A DNA stretch of 64,000 nucleotides from Escherichia coli (GCF_017348835.2 NZ_CP071375.1); one strand, 5' to 3'. Counted from the first letter of the stretch, positions 33,701 to 46,768 are shown. Made by a program: numbers and translations. The notes: generated by a model not told the origin, from the letters alone.

Positions 33701-33790
33701 GCCTGATGCGACGCTTGACGCGTCTTATCAGGCCTACAATGGGTACCGGAGCGGTGTAGGCCGGATAAGGCGTTCACGCCGCATCCGGCA
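33701..33790. repeat. REP/BIME pair
   Basis: gcctgatgcgacgcttgacgcgtcttatcaggcctac and tgtaggccggataaggcgttcacgccgcatccggca. Confidence 0.85.
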
Positions 33791-33807
33791 ATCAAATGAG
33801 CACCAGG

Positions 33808-34875
33808 TTAACTGAACTTACTCTGCGCCCACATCACGCCGCTGGCATATTCTGGCGGCAGCAGCGGGATTAAGGCTTCCAGCGTCGCGGTCAGACGCGA
33901 TGTGTCGCTGTCGGTTAAATTCAGATGCCCCACTTTACGCCCCGGACGGACTTCTTTGTCGTACCAGTGCAGATGCACCAGCGGCAATTTCAGCCAGTCA
34001 TAATTCACATCGCTACCAATCAGGTTGATCATCACCGACGGACTATTCACTATCGGTTGCGGTAACGGCAGATCGGTAATCGCCCGCAGATGCAGCTCAA
34101 ACTGGCTGATGCTGGCACCGTTTTGTGTCCAGTGACCGCTGTTATGCACACGCGGTGCCAGTTCGTTGATCAACAGACCTTGCGGGGTGACAAAACACTC
34201 CATTGCCATCACGCCTACATAGCCCAGCTCCTGCATAATCGCCGAAAGCATCTCTTCGGCTTGCGCTTGCTGCTGCGCATTGGCCTGCGGGAAAGCGACG
34301 CTGGTGCGCAAAATACCGTCCTGATGCAGGTTATGCGTCAGCGGATAAAACACGGTGCTGCCATCAAAGCCGCGCGCGCCAACCAGCGACACTTCACCAG
34401 AGAAGTTTATGCCCTGCTCGACAATACATTCGCCGTAGCATTCAGCCGGTAACTGCTCGGTTTCATCGGCGCGTAAACGCCATTGACCGCGTCCGTCATA
34501 GCCACCAGTGCGACGCTTAACAATCGCCAGCTCACCTAAACGATCAAACACCGCAGGCCACTCGTTGCGTCCGGCAAGTAACTGCCACGGTGCAGTCGGC
34601 AGGTGGAGCTTATCGAAAAGCTGCTTCTGAGTCAGACGGTCAGCAATAATCGGGAACACATCGCGGTTCACAAAGGCCGGATGGCGCGCCAGCTCGCGGG
34701 TTAATGCGGTTTCCGGCCAGCGTTCTATCTCAGCGGTAATCACGCTTTGTTGAAAAGGCACCGCCGCCGGTTCAGCGTCCAGCCCGACTGGCCAGACAGC
34801 AATGCCTAACGGTTCGCCTGCCTGACGCAGCATACGGCCTAACTGCCCGTTACCGAGGACGCAAACCTGTTTCAT
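33808..34875 (-). CDS. purK: N5-carboxyaminoimidazole ribonucleotide synthase
   Basis: 355 aa, ATP-grasp fold. 4-nt overlap with purE. Confidence 0.95.
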   Translation of the reverse strand: MKQVCVLGNGQLGRMLRQAGEPLGIAVWPVGLDAEPAAVPFQQSVITAEIERWPETALTRELARHPAFVNRDVFPIIADRLTQKQLFDKLHLPTAPWQLLAGRNEWPAVFDRLGELAIVKRRTGGYDGRGQWRLRADETEQLPAECYGECIVEQGINFSGEVSLVGARGFDGSTVFYPLTHNLHQDGILRTSVAFPQANAQQQAQAEEMLSAIMQELGYVGVMAMECFVTPQGLLINELAPRVHNSGHWTQNGASISQFELHLRAITDLPLPQPIVNSPSVMINLIGSDVNYDWLKLPLVHLHWYDKEVRPGRKVGHLNLTDSDTSRLTATLEALIPLLPPEYASGVMWAQSKFS

Positions 34876-35381
34876 GCCGCACCTCGCGGGTCCGGGTTTT
34901 CCAGCACTTCGTCGGTCTGGGCTTTGCGCCAGTCATTCAGACGCTGGTGCAGCTCTTTATCATGAGTCGCAAGAATTTGTGCTGCCAGTAACGCCGCGTT
35001 TGCCGCGCCAGCTTTACCAATCGCCAGCGTACCCACCGGAATGCCGCGCGGCATTTGTACGATGGAGTAGAGGCTATCGATACCGCTCAGTGCGGCGCTC
35101 TGTACTGGCACGCCCAGCACTGGCACCAGCGTTTTGGCGGCAATCATACCCGGCAGGTGCGCTGCGCCGCCTGCGCCCGCAATAATCACCTGATAACCGT
35201 TCTCTTCGGCGCTTTCGGCGAAGCTGAACAGTTTATCGGGGGTGCGGTGAGCAGAAACCACTTCAACGTGGTGCGGGACATTCAGGATTTCGAAGATTTC
35301 GGCGGCGAACTGCATGGTAGCCCAGTCGCTTTTGGACCCCATCACGATGGCGACACGCGCCGGATTATTGCGGGAAGACAT
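34872..35381 (-). CDS. purE: N5-CAIR mutase
   Basis: Start at [20 protein letters not shown] gives 169 aa. Confidence 0.95.
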   Translation of the reverse strand: MSSRNNPARVAIVMGSKSDWATMQFAAEIFEILNVPHHVEVVSAHRTPDKLFSFAESAEENGYQVIIAGAGGAAHLPGMIAAKTLVPVLGVPVQSAALSGIDSLYSIVQMPRGIPVGTLAIGKAGAANAALLAAQILATHDKELHQRLNDWRKAQTDEVLENPDPRGAA

Positions 35382-35452
35382 GCGTCTTAAAACTCCTGTG
35401 GTGCACAACTCTCGGCTTTAGAGGGCACAGAGAATAGCACGGAAAGAGAGCA

Positions 35453-35468
35453 AGGAAAACGGTTGCGT
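35453..35468 (-). promoter_or_regulatory. PurR operator (PUR box) of purEK
   Basis: Minus-sense ACGCAACCGTTTTCCT versus the remembered consensus ACGCAAACGTTTTCNT. About 70 nt upstream of the purE start. Confidence 0.7.
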
Positions 35469-35498
35469 GGCTGTGAAATCAGCAAAGTTGTGGGTTTT

Positions 35499-36221
35499 TT
35501 AAAACGGAAAATGAATCAGCTCAACGTCATCCGCCGTGACTTTCACCATCGAACCTTCCGTATGCCAGGCACCCAGTACCACGCGTAAAGCAGGTTGCTG
35601 GTTGGCGATAAGTTCATGTACCGCCGGGCGATGGGTATGCCCGTGAATCAGCCATTGCACCTGATGTTTTTCCATCGCACTGACCACCGCGTTTTGGTTA
35701 ACGTCCATGATCGCCAGCGATTTACTGCTGTTGGCTTCTTTACTGTTCGCGCGCATTCGCGCGGCAATGCGTTTGCGCACAAACAACGGCAGAGCGAGGA
35801 ATAGCGTTTGCAGCCAGGGTTTGTGGACTTTGGCGCGAAAAGCCTGATAACCCGCGTCATCGGTGCACAGCGTGTCGCCATGCATAATCAACACCCGACG
35901 ACCATAAAGTTCGAGCACCTTTTCTTCCGGCAATAACGTCATGCCGCTTTCACGGGCAAAGCGTTTGCCGAGCAGAAAATCACGGTTGCCATGAATGAAA
36001 TAACAGGGAACGCCGGAATCGGACACCGCTTTGATCGCTGCCGCCATCTGGCGATGGAGTGGGTTGGGATCGTCGTCGCCAATCCACGCTTCAAACAGAT
36101 CGCCAAGAATATACAGCGCGTCGGCATTGCGGGCTTCCCCCGCTAAAAAACGCAGAAAACCGGCGGTGATCGCCGGTTCTTCCACGCAGAGATGAAGATC
36201 TGCAATAAAGAGTGTCGCCAC
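35499..36221 (-). CDS. lpxH: UDP-2,3-diacylglucosamine diphosphatase
   Basis: 240 aa. Calcineurin-like metallophosphoesterase motifs (DLHL, GDLFE, GNRD, HGH). Confidence 0.95.
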   Translation of the reverse strand: MATLFIADLHLCVEEPAITAGFLRFLAGEARNADALYILGDLFEAWIGDDDPNPLHRQMAAAIKAVSDSGVPCYFIHGNRDFLLGKRFARESGMTLLPEEKVLELYGRRVLIMHGDTLCTDDAGYQAFRAKVHKPWLQTLFLALPLFVRKRIAARMRANSKEANSSKSLAIMDVNQNAVVSAMEKHQVQWLIHGHTHRPAVHELIANQQPALRVVLGAWHTEGSMVKVTADDVELIHFPF

Positions 36222-36223
36222 GA

Positions 36224-36718
36224 TTACTCGCTAACGGTCACGCTTTCAATGATAACGTCTTCTTTTGGCACGTCCTGGTGCATACCGCTACGACCGGTTG
36301 CAACACCTTTGATTTTGTCTACCACGTCCATGCCTTCAACCACTTCAGCAAACACGCAGTAGCCCCAACCTTGCAGGCTTTCGCCAGAGAAGTTCAGGAA
36401 GTCGTTATCAACCACGTTGATGAAGAACTGTGCAGTTGCAGAGTGCGGAGCCTGAGTACGGGCCATTGCCAGCGTACCACGGGTATTTTTCAGGCCGTTG
36501 TTGGCTTCGTTTTTGATCGGTTCTTTGGTGGCTTTTTGTTTCATGCCCGGTTCAAAACCGCCGCCCTGAATCATAAAGCCGTTGATAACACGGTGGAAAA
36601 TGGTGTTGTTGTAAAAACCTTCGCGGCAGTAGTCCAGGAAGTTTTTAACTGTTTCAGGTGCTTTATCGTCAAAAGTTTTGATGACAATATCGCCGTGATT
36701 GGTGTGGAAAGTAACCAT
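36224..36718 (-). CDS. ppiB: peptidyl-prolyl cis-trans isomerase B (cyclophilin)
   Basis: 164 aa, cyclophilin fold ([15 protein letters not shown]). Confidence 0.96.
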   Translation of the reverse strand: MVTFHTNHGDIVIKTFDDKAPETVKNFLDYCREGFYNNTIFHRVINGFMIQGGGFEPGMKQKATKEPIKNEANNGLKNTRGTLAMARTQAPHSATAQFFINVVDNDFLNFSGESLQGWGYCVFAEVVEGMDVVDKIKGVATGRSGMHQDVPKEDVIIESVTVSE

Positions 36719-36891
36719 TTTTGCATCCTGTTCCGTTTGATTGGTGCTTCAACCCGGTTCGGGTCATATATAGGGTGGTGTTATAGCATAACCGCACGAT
36801 CGGATCATCACGCAATGTATGCTGATTCGCGCGGGAAATATGGGTATTATACGCAACTCAATTACCCACACATGTCTAAACGGAATCTTCG

Positions 36892-38277
36892 ATGCTAAAA
36901 ATCTTCAATACTCTGACACGCCAAAAAGAGGAATTTAAGCCTATTCACGCCGGGGAAGTCGGCATGTACGTGTGTGGAATCACCGTTTACGATCTCTGTC
37001 ATATCGGTCACGGGCGTACCTTTGTTGCTTTTGACGTGGTTGCGCGCTATCTGCGTTTCCTCGGCTATAAACTGAAGTATGTGCGCAACATTACCGATAT
37101 CGACGACAAAATCATCAAACGCGCCAATGAAAATGGCGAAAGCTTTGTGGCGCTGGTGGATCGCATGATCGCCGAAATGCACAAAGATTTTGATGCTTTG
37201 AACATTTTGCGCCCGGATATGGAGCCGCGCGCGACGCACCATATCGCAGAAATTATTGAACTCACTGAACAACTGATCGCCAAAGGTCACGCTTATGTGG
37301 CGGACAACGGCGACGTGATGTTCGACGTCCCGACCGATCCGACTTATGGCGTGCTGTCGCGCCAGGATCTCGACCAGCTGCAGGCAGGCGCGCGCGTTGA
37401 CGTGGTCGATGACAAACGCAACCCGATGGACTTCGTTCTGTGGAAGATGTCGAAAGAGGGCGAACCGAGCTGGCCGTCTCCGTGGGGCGCGGGCCGTCCT
37501 GGCTGGCACATTGAATGTTCGGCAATGAACTGCAAGCAGCTGGGTAACCACTTTGATATCCACGGCGGCGGTTCTGACCTGATGTTCCCACACCACGAAA
37601 ACGAAATCGCTCAGTCCACCTGTGCCCATGATGGTCAGTATGTGAACTACTGGATGCACTCCGGGATGGTGATGGTTGATCGCGAGAAGATGTCCAAATC
37701 GCTGGGTAACTTCTTCACCGTGCGTGATGTGCTGAAATACTACGACGCGGAAACCGTGCGTTACTTCCTGATGTCGGGACACTATCGCAGCCAGCTGAAC
37801 TACAGCGAAGAGAACCTGAAGCAGGCGCGTGCGGCGCTGGAGCGTCTCTACACTGCCCTGCGCGGCACAGACAAAACCGTTGCGCCTGCCGGTGGCGAAG
37901 CGTTTGAAGCGCGCTTTATTGAAGCGATGGACGACGATTTCAACACCCCGGAAGCCTATTCCGTACTGTTTGATATGGCGCGTGAAGTAAACCGTCTGAA
38001 AGCAGAAGATATGGCAGCGGCGAATGCAATGGCATCTCACCTGCGTAAACTTTCCGCTGTACTGGGCCTGCTGGAGCAAGAGCCGGAAGCGTTCCTGCAA
38101 AGCGGTGCGCAGGCAGACGACAGCGAAGTGGCTGAGATTGAAGCGTTAATTCAACAGCGTCTGGATGCCCGTAAAGCGAAAGACTGGGCGGCGGCAGATG
38201 CGGCGCGTGACCGTCTTAACGAGATGGGGATCGTGCTGGAAGATGGCCCGCAAGGGACCACCTGGCGTCGTAAGTAA
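36892..38277 (+). CDS. cysS: cysteine--tRNA ligase
   Basis: 461 aa. HIGH (CHIGHGR) and KMSKS motifs present. Confidence 0.97.
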
Positions 38278-38287
38278 TTGCGCTGTT

Positions 38288-38311
38288 GCCGGATGCGAGT
38301 TTTCGCATCCG
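38288..38311. terminator. REP-like hairpin between convergent cysS and ybcI
   Basis: gccggatgcga-gttt-tcgcatccgg hairpin. Confidence 0.6.
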
Positions 38312-38312
38312 G

Positions 38313-38834
38313 TTATCGCCTGCGCCACCACAATATTCCCATCAGCACCATCCCCGGCAACCACACCCACATCAATTCAGAAATAATCACCTGATGCCCG
38401 TACGGCGTGCTGTAACGAGACAATGCAAACGGCGCGACTTTGATCACCTGCCAGGGAGCGAAAAAGCGTTCATCTGACCACGGCCACAGCCAGCCAACGC
38501 CTTTACCGCCAGTGGTTACCGAATCCAGCAAGCTGTGCGATAGCAACGAGACGGTTAAAAACAGCCAGCAGCGAATCAGCCCAGCCCTGAACCATCGACG
38601 TCCAATCAGCACACATAACAGCGGGACAACAAACGCAAACACCAGCGAATGGGTAAACCCGCGATGACCAAAAACATTGCCGTAAGCAACGCCAAATTTA
38701 AACGACAATACGTCGGCATCGGGCAGCATCGCCAGGACGATTCCGGCAAATAACAGACGCGGCGGGATGATTATCGAACCCAACCCTAAACCAATGCATA
38801 GGGGAACGGCGGCGTGCGTAATAACGGTTGGCAT
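38313..38834 (-). CDS. ybcI: inner-membrane metal-dependent hydrolase-like protein YbcI (DUF457)
   Basis: 173 aa, polytopic. K-12 synteny. Confidence 0.9.
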   Translation of the reverse strand: MPTVITHAAVPLCIGLGLGSIIIPPRLLFAGIVLAMLPDADVLSFKFGVAYGNVFGHRGFTHSLVFAFVVPLLCVLIGRRWFRAGLIRCWLFLTVSLLSHSLLDSVTTGGKGVGWLWPWSDERFFAPWQVIKVAPFALSRYSTPYGHQVIISELMWVWLPGMVLMGILWWRRR

Positions 38835-38941
38835 GATGGTCGCTTCGGCAAAATGTCGATGCTATCAGCATGGCTGAATGGGGCGTAGAGGGCAAAAGTC
38901 TGAAAAGAGAACCGGCCTGTTGATACAGGCCGGGAAAGGGA

Positions 38942-39154
38942 TCAGGCAACAACCTGTACGCTGTGACCTGCAAAACTCACTGTCTGCCCGGCGACGATTT
39001 TGCAGCGTTTGCGCGTTTCAACCGCACCGTCGACTTTCACCTGGCCTTCGGCAATCGCGATTTTCGCCTGCGCGCCGCTTTCGCTCCAGCCTTCCAGTTT
39101 CAGCAAGTCGCACAGCTCAACGTGCGGATGTTTACCTAAAGAAAATGTCGCCAT
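38942..39154 (-). CDS. ybcJ: S4-like RNA-binding protein YbcJ
   Basis: Start at MATFSLGKHPHVELCDLLK gives 70 aa. Confidence 0.88.
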   Translation of the reverse strand: MATFSLGKHPHVELCDLLKLEGWSESGAQAKIAIAEGQVKVDGAVETRKRCKIVAGQTVSFAGHSVQVVA

Positions 39155-39155
39155 G

Positions 39156-40022
39156 TTACTCACCCTGTGGATCATGATATTCAACGCACGCCTGAAGCGT
39201 GTTTTCAATCAGCGTGGCAACCGTCATCGGGCCAACGCCGCCCGGAACAGGCGTAATGTATGAGGCGCGTTTAGCCGCGTCTTCAAACACGACGTCGCCC
39301 ACAACTTTGCCATTTTCCAGACGGTTGATGCCGACATCAATCACAATTGCGCCTTCTTTGATCCAGTCACCAGGAATAAAGCCCGGCTTGCCGACGGCAA
39401 CGATCAGTAGATCGGCATTTTCTACGTGGTGACGCAGATTTTTAGTGAAGCGGTGAGTCACGGTAGTGGTGCAACCTGCGAGCAACAGTTCCATGCTCAT
39501 TGGACGACCGACGATATTCGATGCGCCAATCACCACGGCGTTGAGGCCGAAGGTATCAATGTTGTAACGCTCAAGCAGCGTGACGATACCGCGAGGGGTG
39601 CAGGGGCGCAGACGCGGCGCGCGCTGGCACAGGCGACCGACGTTATAAGGATGGAAACCGTCCACGTCTTTGTCCGGGTGAATACGTTCCAGCACTTTGA
39701 CGTTATCAATACCCGCCGGTAACGGCAGTTGAACCAGAATGCCATCGATGGTGTTGTCGGCATTCAGCGCATCGATAAGCTCCAGCAGCTCCGCTTCGCT
39801 GGTGGTTTCCGGGAGGTCATAAGAGCGGGAGACGAACCCGACTTCTTCACAAGCCTTACGTTTGCTTGCGACATAAATTTGCGATGCAGGGTTACTACCC
39901 ACCAGCACAACGGCCAGTCCTGGTGCCCGCAGTCCGGCTGCAATACGCGCCTGAACTTTTTGAGCAACTTCAGAGCGCACCTGCTGCGCAATCGTTTTAC
40001 CGTCAATAATCTTTGCTGCCAT
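39156..40022 (-). CDS. folD: bifunctional methylenetetrahydrofolate dehydrogenase/cyclohydrolase
   Basis: 288 aa, [19 protein letters not shown]. Confidence 0.96.
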
Positions 40023-40492
40023 CAGAGAGAGGATTCCATCTGTTACGTAGGTCGAAGGGGATGCGCCTATTTTGTCAGAAGCGGGGCGCGCTGTCAGGTT
40101 TCGTTTCAGATTTATCGCGTGAAGCGACCTCTTGCGAAGGTGAGGCGCACTGTCGCTGAGATTGAAAGCTTCATTTTTCGTCCATGATGGCGTTGTAAAT
40201 CTGGAACTGATTTATTTCCTTGTCTAAGGATTAAGATAATTTAAGAAATACCTGACAATATAAAAAGAATTTTCAGCCTGGTAATTTACCGCTTCAGGTC
40301 TATATTTGTGTTGAATATATTTTGCGCGGAAGTATTCATCTAACGGGGCTCTCTATTTTTTAGAATAGAGTGCATATTTTCAATTAAGACATTCTTAGAG
40401 GATAAAAAGGAATTTACTACTATCAGTGTCTTAAATAAAGTAATCGGTTATATACGGATGTGGAGTCGATAAATGAGATTGAAGGAATATAT

Positions 40493-41035
40493 ATGAAATT
40501 AAGATTTATTTCGTCTGCGCTGGCTGCCGCACTATTCGCCGCTACGGGTAGTTATGCTGCCGTTGTAGATGGCGGTACAATTCACTTTGAAGGCGAACTG
40601 GTGAATGCTGCCTGTTCAGTGAATACTGACTCGGCAGACCAGGTTGTCACACTCGGTCAATATCGTACCGATATTTTCAATGCTGTTGGTAATACCTCTG
40701 CATTAATTCCATTCACTATACAGTTGAACGACTGCGATCCTGTTGTTGCCGCTAATGCTGCCGTTGCATTTTCTGGTCAGGCTGATGCAATCAATGATAA
40801 TTTATTGGCCATTGCATCCAGTACCAATACAACAACAGCAACGGGTGTCGGTATTGAAATACTTGATAATACATCCGCAATTCTCAAACCTGATGGGAAT
40901 AGCTTCTCAACCAACCAGAACTTGATCCCCGGGACCAACGTTCTTCATTTTTCTGCACGTTATAAAGGCACCGGTACAAGTGCATCAGCAGGGCAAGCAA
41001 ATGCTGACGCGACTTTTATTATTAGATATGAATAA
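40493..41035 (+). CDS. sfmA: type 1-like fimbrial major subunit SfmA
   Basis: Start at [22 protein letters not shown] gives 180 aa. Fimbrillin with a Cys pair. Confidence 0.9.
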   Translation: MKLRFISSALAAALFAATGSYAAVVDGGTIHFEGELVNAACSVNTDSADQVVTLGQYRTDIFNAVGNTSALIPFTIQLNDCDPVVAANAAVAFSGQADAINDNLLAIASSTNTTTATGVGIEILDNTSAILKPDGNSFSTNQNLIPGTNVLHFSARYKGTGTSASAGQANADATFIIRYE

Positions 41036-41254
41036 TCAAAACCACGTTGTTTTGAATTATATATCACGTCTTATAACAAAGTAATGTACCGGTTGTCTGA
41101 AGCGGTATGGTGGCAATGTAAATCGAAATCATGTTCACTTTGTATCATGCCGCTTTATTAAATGAAAAGGGAATGATGTGTTGTAAGAAACCAAAGCAAT
41201 CATTTCTTTATATTCCTTATTTTTGCCGTCAGGAATACACAAGGCGTATTAACT

Positions 41255-41947
41255 ATGATGACTAAAATAAAGTTATTGATGCTCATTATATTTTATTTAA
41301 TTATTTCGGCCAGCGCCCATGCTGCCGGAGGGATCGCATTAGGTGCCACGCGTATTATTTATCCCGCTGATGCTAAACAGACTGCGGTATGGATTAGAAA
41401 TAGCCATACCAATGAGCGCTTTCTGGTCAATTCGTGGATTGAAAACAGCAGCGGTGTAAAAGAAAAGTCATTCATCATTACACCGCCACTGTTTGTCAGT
41501 GAACCCAAAAGCGAAAATACTTTGCGTATTATTTACACCGGTCCACCGCTGGCAGCAGATCGTGAGTCTCTGTTCTGGATGAATGTTAAGACGATCCCTT
41601 CGGTAGATAAAAATGCATTGAACGGCAGGAATGTTTTGCAACTGGCGATTTTATCGCGCATGAAGTTATTTCTCCGTCCAATTCAATTACAAGAATTACC
41701 CGCAGAAGCACCGGACACACTCAAGTTTTCGCGATCCGGTAACTATATCAATGTTCATAATCCATCACCTTTTTATGTCACCCTGGTTAACTTACAAGTG
41801 GGCAGCCAAAAGTTGGGGAATGCTATGGCTGCACCCAGAGTTAATTCACAAATTCCCTTACCCTCAGGAGTGCAGGGAAAACTGAAATTTCAGACCGTTA
41901 ATGATTATGGTTCAGTAACCCCGGTCAGAGAAGTGAACTTAAACTAA
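41255..41947 (+). CDS. sfmC: fimbrial periplasmic chaperone SfmC
   Basis: 230 aa, PapD-like (ATRIIYPA motif). Confidence 0.92.
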   Translation: MMTKIKLLMLIIFYLIISASAHAAGGIALGATRIIYPADAKQTAVWIRNSHTNERFLVNSWIENSSGVKEKSFIITPPLFVSEPKSENTLRIIYTGPPLAADRESLFWMNVKTIPSVDKNALNGRNVLQLAILSRMKLFLRPIQLQELPAEAPDTLKFSRSGNYINVHNPSPFYVTLVNLQVGSQKLGNAMAAPRVNSQIPLPSGVQGKLKFQTVNDYGSVTPVREVNLN

Positions 41948-41977
41948 CCGAATCATCTGACAATATCAGAGCTAATT

Positions 41978-44587
41978 ATGAAAATACCCACTACTACGGA
42001 TATTCCGCAGAGGTATACCTGGTGTCTGGCCGGAATTTGTTATTCATCTCTTGCCATTTTACCCTCCTTTTTAAGCTATGCGGAAAGTTATTTCAACCCG
42101 GCATTTTTATTAGAGAATGGCACATCCGTTGCTGATTTATCGCGCTTTGAGAGAGGTAATCATCAACCTGCGGGCGTGTATCGGGTGGATCTCTGGCGTA
42201 ATGATGAGTTCATTGGTTCGCAGGATATCGTATTTGAATCGACAACAGAAAATACTGGTGATAAATCAGGTGGGTTAATGCCCTGTTTTAACCAGGTACT
42301 TCTTGAACGAATTGGCCTTAATAGCAGTGCATTTCCCGAGTTAGCCCAGCAGCAAAACAATAAATGCATCAATTTACTGAAAGCTGTACCTGATGCCACA
42401 ATTAACTTTGATTTTGCAGCGATGCGCCTGAACATCACTATTCCTCAGATAGCGTTGTTGAGTAGCGCTCACGGTTACATTCCGCCTGAAGAGTGGGATG
42501 AAGGTATTCCTGCTTTACTCCTGAATTATAATTTCACCGGTAACAGAGGTAATGGTAACGATAGCTATTTTTTTAGTGAGCTCAGCGGGATTAATATTGG
42601 CCCGTGGCGTTTACGCAACAATGGTTCCTGGAACTATTTTCGCGGAAATGGATATCATTCAGAACAGTGGAATAATATTGGCACCTGGGTACAGCGCGCC
42701 ATTATTCCGCTGAAAAGTGAACTGGTAATGGGAGACGGCAATACAGGAAGTGATATTTTCGATGGTGTTGGATTTCGTGGTGTACGGCTTTATTCTTCCG
42801 ATAATATGTATCCTGATAGCCAGCAAGGGTTTGCCCCAACGGTACGTGGGATTGCCCGTACGGCGGCCCAGCTAACGATTCGGCAAAATGGTTTTATTAT
42901 CTATCAAAGCTATGTTTCCCCCGGCGCTTTTGAAATTACAGATTTGCACCCGACATCTTCAAATGGCGATCTGGATGTCACCATCGACGAGCGCGATGGC
43001 AATCAGCAGAATTACACAATTCCGTATTCAACAGTGCCAATTTTACAACGCGAAGGGCGTTTCAAATTTGACCTGACGGCGGGCGATTTTCGTAGCGGTA
43101 ATAGTCAGCAATCATCGCCTTTCTTTTTTCAGGGCACGGCACTCGGCGGTTTACCACAGGAATTTACTGCCTACGGCGGGACGCAATTATCTGCCAATTA
43201 CACCGCCTTTTTATTAGGGCTGGGGCGCAATCTCGGAAACTGGGGGGCAGTATCTCTGGATGTGACCCATGCGCGCAGTCAGTTAGCCGACGACAGTCGT
43301 CATGAGGGGGATTCTATTCGCTTCCTCTATGCGAAATCGATGAACACCTTCGGCACCAATTTTCAGTTAATGGGTTACCGCTATTCGACACAAGGTTTTT
43401 ATACCCTTGATGATGTTGCGTATCGTCGAATGGAGGGGTACGAATATGATTACGATTACGACGGTGAGCATCGCGATGAACCGATAATCGTGAATTACCA
43501 CAATTTACGCTTTAGCCGTAAAGACCGTTTGCAGTTAAATATTTCACAATCACTTAATGACTTTGGCTCGCTTTATATTTCTGGTACCCATCAAAAATAC
43601 TGGAATACTTCGGATTCAGATACGTGGTATCAGGTGGGGTATACCAGCAGCTGGGTTGGCATCAGTTATTCGCTCTCATTTTCGTGGAATGAATCTGTAG
43701 GGATCCCCGATAACGAACGTATTGTCGGACTTAATGTTTCAGTGCCTTTCAATGTTCTGACCAAACGTCGCTACACCCGGGAAAATGCGCTCGACCGCGC
43801 TTATGCCTCCTTGAACGCCAACCGTAACAGCAACGGGCAAAATAGCTGGCTGGCAGGTGTAGGTGGGACCTTACTGGAAGGCCACAACCTGAGTTATCAC
43901 GTAAGCCAGGGCGATACTTCGAATAATGGGTACACGGGCAGCGCCACGGCAAACTGGCAGGCCGCTTACGGTACGCTGGGGGTCGGGTATAACTACGACC
44001 GCGAGCAACATGACGTTAACTGGCAGCTGTCTGGCGGTGTGGTCGGACATGAAAATGGCATAACGCTGAGCCAGCCTTTAGGGGATACCAATGTTTTGAT
44101 TAAAGCGCCTGGCGCAGGCGGTGTACGCATTGAAAATCAAACTGGCATTTTAACCGACTGGCGCGGCTATGCGGTGATGCCGTATGCCACGGTTTATCGG
44201 TATAACCGTATCGCGCTTGATACCAATACGATGGGGAATTCCATCGATGTTGAAAAAAATATTAGCAGCGTTGTGCCGACGCAAGGCGCGTTGGTTCGTG
44301 CCAATTTTGATACCCGCATAGGCGTGCGGGCGCTCATTACCGTTACCCAGGGCGGAAAACCGGTGCCGTTTGGATCACTGGTACGGGAAAACAGTACCGG
44401 AATAACCAGTATGGTGGGTGATGACGGGCAAGTTTATTTAAGTGGTGCGCCATTGTCTGGTGAATTACTGGTTCAGTGGGGAGACGGCGCGAACTCACGC
44501 TGCATTGCGCACTATGTATTGCCGAAGCAAAGCTTACAGCAAGCCGTCACAGTTATTTCGGCAGTTTGCACACATCCTGGCTCATAA
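41978..44587 (+). CDS. sfmD: fimbrial outer-membrane usher SfmD
   Basis: 869 aa, usher family. Confidence 0.92.
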   Translation: MKIPTTTDIPQRYTWCLAGICYSSLAILPSFLSYAESYFNPAFLLENGTSVADLSRFERGNHQPAGVYRVDLWRNDEFIGSQDIVFESTTENTGDKSGGLMPCFNQVLLERIGLNSSAFPELAQQQNNKCINLLKAVPDATINFDFAAMRLNITIPQIALLSSAHGYIPPEEWDEGIPALLLNYNFTGNRGNGNDSYFFSELSGINIGPWRLRNNGSWNYFRGNGYHSEQWNNIGTWVQRAIIPLKSELVMGDGNTGSDIFDGVGFRGVRLYSSDNMYPDSQQGFAPTVRGIARTAAQLTIRQNGFIIYQSYVSPGAFEITDLHPTSSNGDLDVTIDERDGNQQNYTIPYSTVPILQREGRFKFDLTAGDFRSGNSQQSSPFFFQGTALGGLPQEFTAYGGTQLSANYTAFLLGLGRNLGNWGAVSLDVTHARSQLADDSRHEGDSIRFLYAKSMNTFGTNFQLMGYRYSTQGFYTLDDVAYRRMEGYEYDYDYDGEHRDEPIIVNYHNLRFSRKDRLQLNISQSLNDFGSLYISGTHQKYWNTSDSDTWYQVGYTSSWVGISYSLSFSWNESVGIPDNERIVGLNVSVPFNVLTKRRYTRENALDRAYASLNANRNSNGQNSWLAGVGGTLLEGHNLSYHVSQGDTSNNGYTGSATANWQAAYGTLGVGYNYDREQHDVNWQLSGGVVGHENGITLSQPLGDTNVLIKAPGAGGVRIENQTGILTDWRGYAVMPYATVYRYNRIALDTNTMGNSIDVEKNISSVVPTQGALVRANFDTRIGVRALITVTQGGKPVPFGSLVRENSTGITSMVGDDGQVYLSGAPLSGELLVQWGDGANSRCIAHYVLPKQSLQQAVTVISAVCTHPGS

Positions 44588-44599
44588 AGGAAATTATCA

Positions 44600-45607
44600 A
44601 TGAAGATAATCTGCAGATTATTATTGGCGATGGCATGTTTGTGTCTGGCAAACATATCCTGGGCTACTGTTTGTGCAAATAGTACTGGCGTAGCAGAAGA
44701 TGAACACTATGATCTCTCAAATGTCTTTAATAGCACCAATAACCAGCCAGGGCAGATTGTTGTTTTACCTGAAAAATCCGGCTGGGTAGGTGTATCAGCA
44801 ATTTGTCCACCCGGCACGCTGGTGAATTATACATACCGTAGTTATGTCACCAACTTTATTGTTCAGGAAACTATCGATAATTATAAATATATGCAATTAA
44901 ATGATTATCTATTAGGTGCGATGAGTCTGGTTGATAGCGTGATGGATATTCAATTCCCCCCGCAAAATTATATTCGTATGGGAACAGATCCTAACGTTTC
45001 GCAAAACCTTCCGTTCGGGGTGATGGATTCTCGTTTGATATTTCGTTTAAAGGTTATTCGGCCCTTTATTAACATGGTGGAGATCCCCAGACAGGTGATG
45101 TTTACCGTGTATGTGACATCAACGCCTTACGATCCGTTGGTTACACCTGTTTATACCATTAGTTTTGGTGGCCGGGTTGAAGTACCGCAAAACTGCGAAT
45201 TAAATGCCGGGCAGATTGTTGAATTTGATTTTGGTGATATCGGCGCATCGTTATTTAGTGCGGCAGGGCCGGGTAATCGGCCTGCTGGTGTCATGCCGCA
45301 AACCAAGAGCATTGCGGTCAAATGTACGAATGTTGCTGCGCAGGCTTATTTAACAATGCGTCTGGAAGCCAGTGCCGTTTCTGGTCAGGCGATGGTGTCG
45401 GACAATCAGGATTTAGGTTTTATTGTCGCCGATCAGAACGATACGCCGATCACGCCTAACGATCTCAATAGCGTTATTCCTTTCCGTCTGGATGCAGCTG
45501 CGGCAGCCAATGTCACACTTCGCGCCTGGACTATCAGTATTACCGGTCAAAAACCGACCGAAGGGCCGTTTAGCGCGCTGGGGTATTTACGCGTCGATTA
45601 TCAATGA
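44600..45607 (+). CDS. sfmH: fimbrial adhesin-like subunit SfmH
   Basis: 335 aa. Two-domain FimH-like subunit with signal peptide. Confidence 0.88.
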   Translation: MKIICRLLLAMACLCLANISWATVCANSTGVAEDEHYDLSNVFNSTNNQPGQIVVLPEKSGWVGVSAICPPGTLVNYTYRSYVTNFIVQETIDNYKYMQLNDYLLGAMSLVDSVMDIQFPPQNYIRMGTDPNVSQNLPFGVMDSRLIFRLKVIRPFINMVEIPRQVMFTVYVTSTPYDPLVTPVYTISFGGRVEVPQNCELNAGQIVEFDFGDIGASLFSAAGPGNRPAGVMPQTKSIAVKCTNVAAQAYLTMRLEASAVSGQAMVSDNQDLGFIVADQNDTPITPNDLNSVIPFRLDAAAAANVTLRAWTISITGQKPTEGPFSALGYLRVDYQ

Positions 45608-45617
45608 GGTACGGAGA

Positions 45618-46133
45618 ATGAGAAGAGTATTCTTTAGCTGTTTCTGCGGGTTACTGTGGAGTTCCAGTGGATGGGCAGTTGACCCTTTAGGAACGATTAA
45701 TATCAATTTGCACGGTAACGTTGTTGATTTCTCCTGTACCGTAAACACAGCGGATATTGATAAGACGGTAGATTTAGGCAGATGGCCTACGACACAACTA
45801 CTGACCGCTGGTGATACCACGGCACTCGTCCCTTTTAGCCTGCGGCTGGAGGGATGTCCTCCGGGTTCAGTTGCGATTTTATTTACGGGAACGCCGGCAT
45901 CTGATGCCAACCTGCTGGCTCTGGATGATCCCGCAATGGCACAAACCGTCGCCATCGAATTACGTAATAGCGATCGCTCCCGGCTCGCACTGGGGGAGGC
46001 GAGCCCGACTGAGGAAGTAGATGCAAATGGCAATGTCACACTAAACTTTTTTGCCAATTATCGAGCGTTAGCCAGCGGTGTTCGGCCAGGTGTGGCGAAA
46101 GCGGATGCGATATTTATGATCAATTATAATTAA
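45618..46133 (+). CDS. sfmF: fimbrial minor subunit SfmF
   Basis: Start at ATG 45618 (MRRVFFSCFCGLLWSSSGWA) gives 171 aa. Confidence 0.88.
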   Translation: MRRVFFSCFCGLLWSSSGWAVDPLGTININLHGNVVDFSCTVNTADIDKTVDLGRWPTTQLLTAGDTTALVPFSLRLEGCPPGSVAILFTGTPASDANLLALDDPAMAQTVAIELRNSDRSRLALGEASPTEEVDANGNVTLNFFANYRALASGVRPGVAKADAIFMINYN

Positions 46134-46135
46134 TA

Positions 46136-46768
46136 TTATATTAATTCGTATAATTTGGCGTAGTCGATAAGCTCTACAATTGAATGCAAACCTAGCTTGC
46201 CATAAATATTAGATTTATGCGCACTAACTGTTTTATTGCTAAGTAATAACTTATCGGCAATTTCTTTATTAGATAATCCGCTGACCAGATAACGTAATAT
46301 CGTCACTTCACGATTAGATAGCACAGTGATCGTTGAACTATTCGTACTACATTTATTGCTTTTTATATAGTTGAGCGTTTCGCTGGGAAAAAAAGTGTAT
46401 CCGGAGAGGATCATCTGAACGGCATGAAAAATATCATTCTGATCATTGCATTTACTGACAAAACCGTTAGCACCAGCTTGTATTGCTCTGCCAGCATAAA
46501 AGCATTCTGATTTCGATGATAAAAATAACACTTTCACTGTGCTCTGGATTTGTTTGATCCTTTTCAGGAAGGTAAAACCGTCTGTTCCGGGCAAGTCTAT
46601 ATCCATAATGATTAAATCAACAGGACGGGTTCGGAGATAATCGATGGTTATGCGGTAATCATCCGTTTTCAGGACAATCTGCAATTCACTGTTTTTTTGC
46701 AACAGAACTTCAATAGACATTCTGATGATAGGATGAGTGTCCATAATGATCACCGACGTTGGTTTCAT
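46136..46768 (-). CDS. fimZ: LuxR/NarL-family response regulator FimZ
   Basis: Start at MKPTSVIIMDTHPIIR gives 210 aa. Receiver domain plus LuxR HTH. Confidence 0.93.
   Translation of the reverse strand: MKPTSVIIMDTHPIIRMSIEVLLQKNSELQIVLKTDDYRITIDYLRTRPVDLIIMDIDLPGTDGFTFLKRIKQIQSTVKVLFLSSKSECFYAGRAIQAGANGFVSKCNDQNDIFHAVQMILSGYTFFPSETLNYIKSNKCSTNSSTITVLSNREVTILRYLVSGLSNKEIADKLLLSNKTVSAHKSNIYGKLGLHSIVELIDYAKLYELI

Noticed and set aside
36212-36898. 228-aa plus-strand ORF.
   Set aside because: It is antisense to ppiB and spans the ppiB-cysS intergenic region. It has no SD and a shadow-ORF composition.
36895-38100. 401-aa minus-strand ORF, the longest unassigned ORF in the track.
   Set aside because: It lies entirely antisense to cysS, whose identity is unambiguous (HIGH and KMSKS motifs). 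Its sequence is R/H/F/V-rich with no domain-like features, typical of a shadow ORF in a GC-rich gene.
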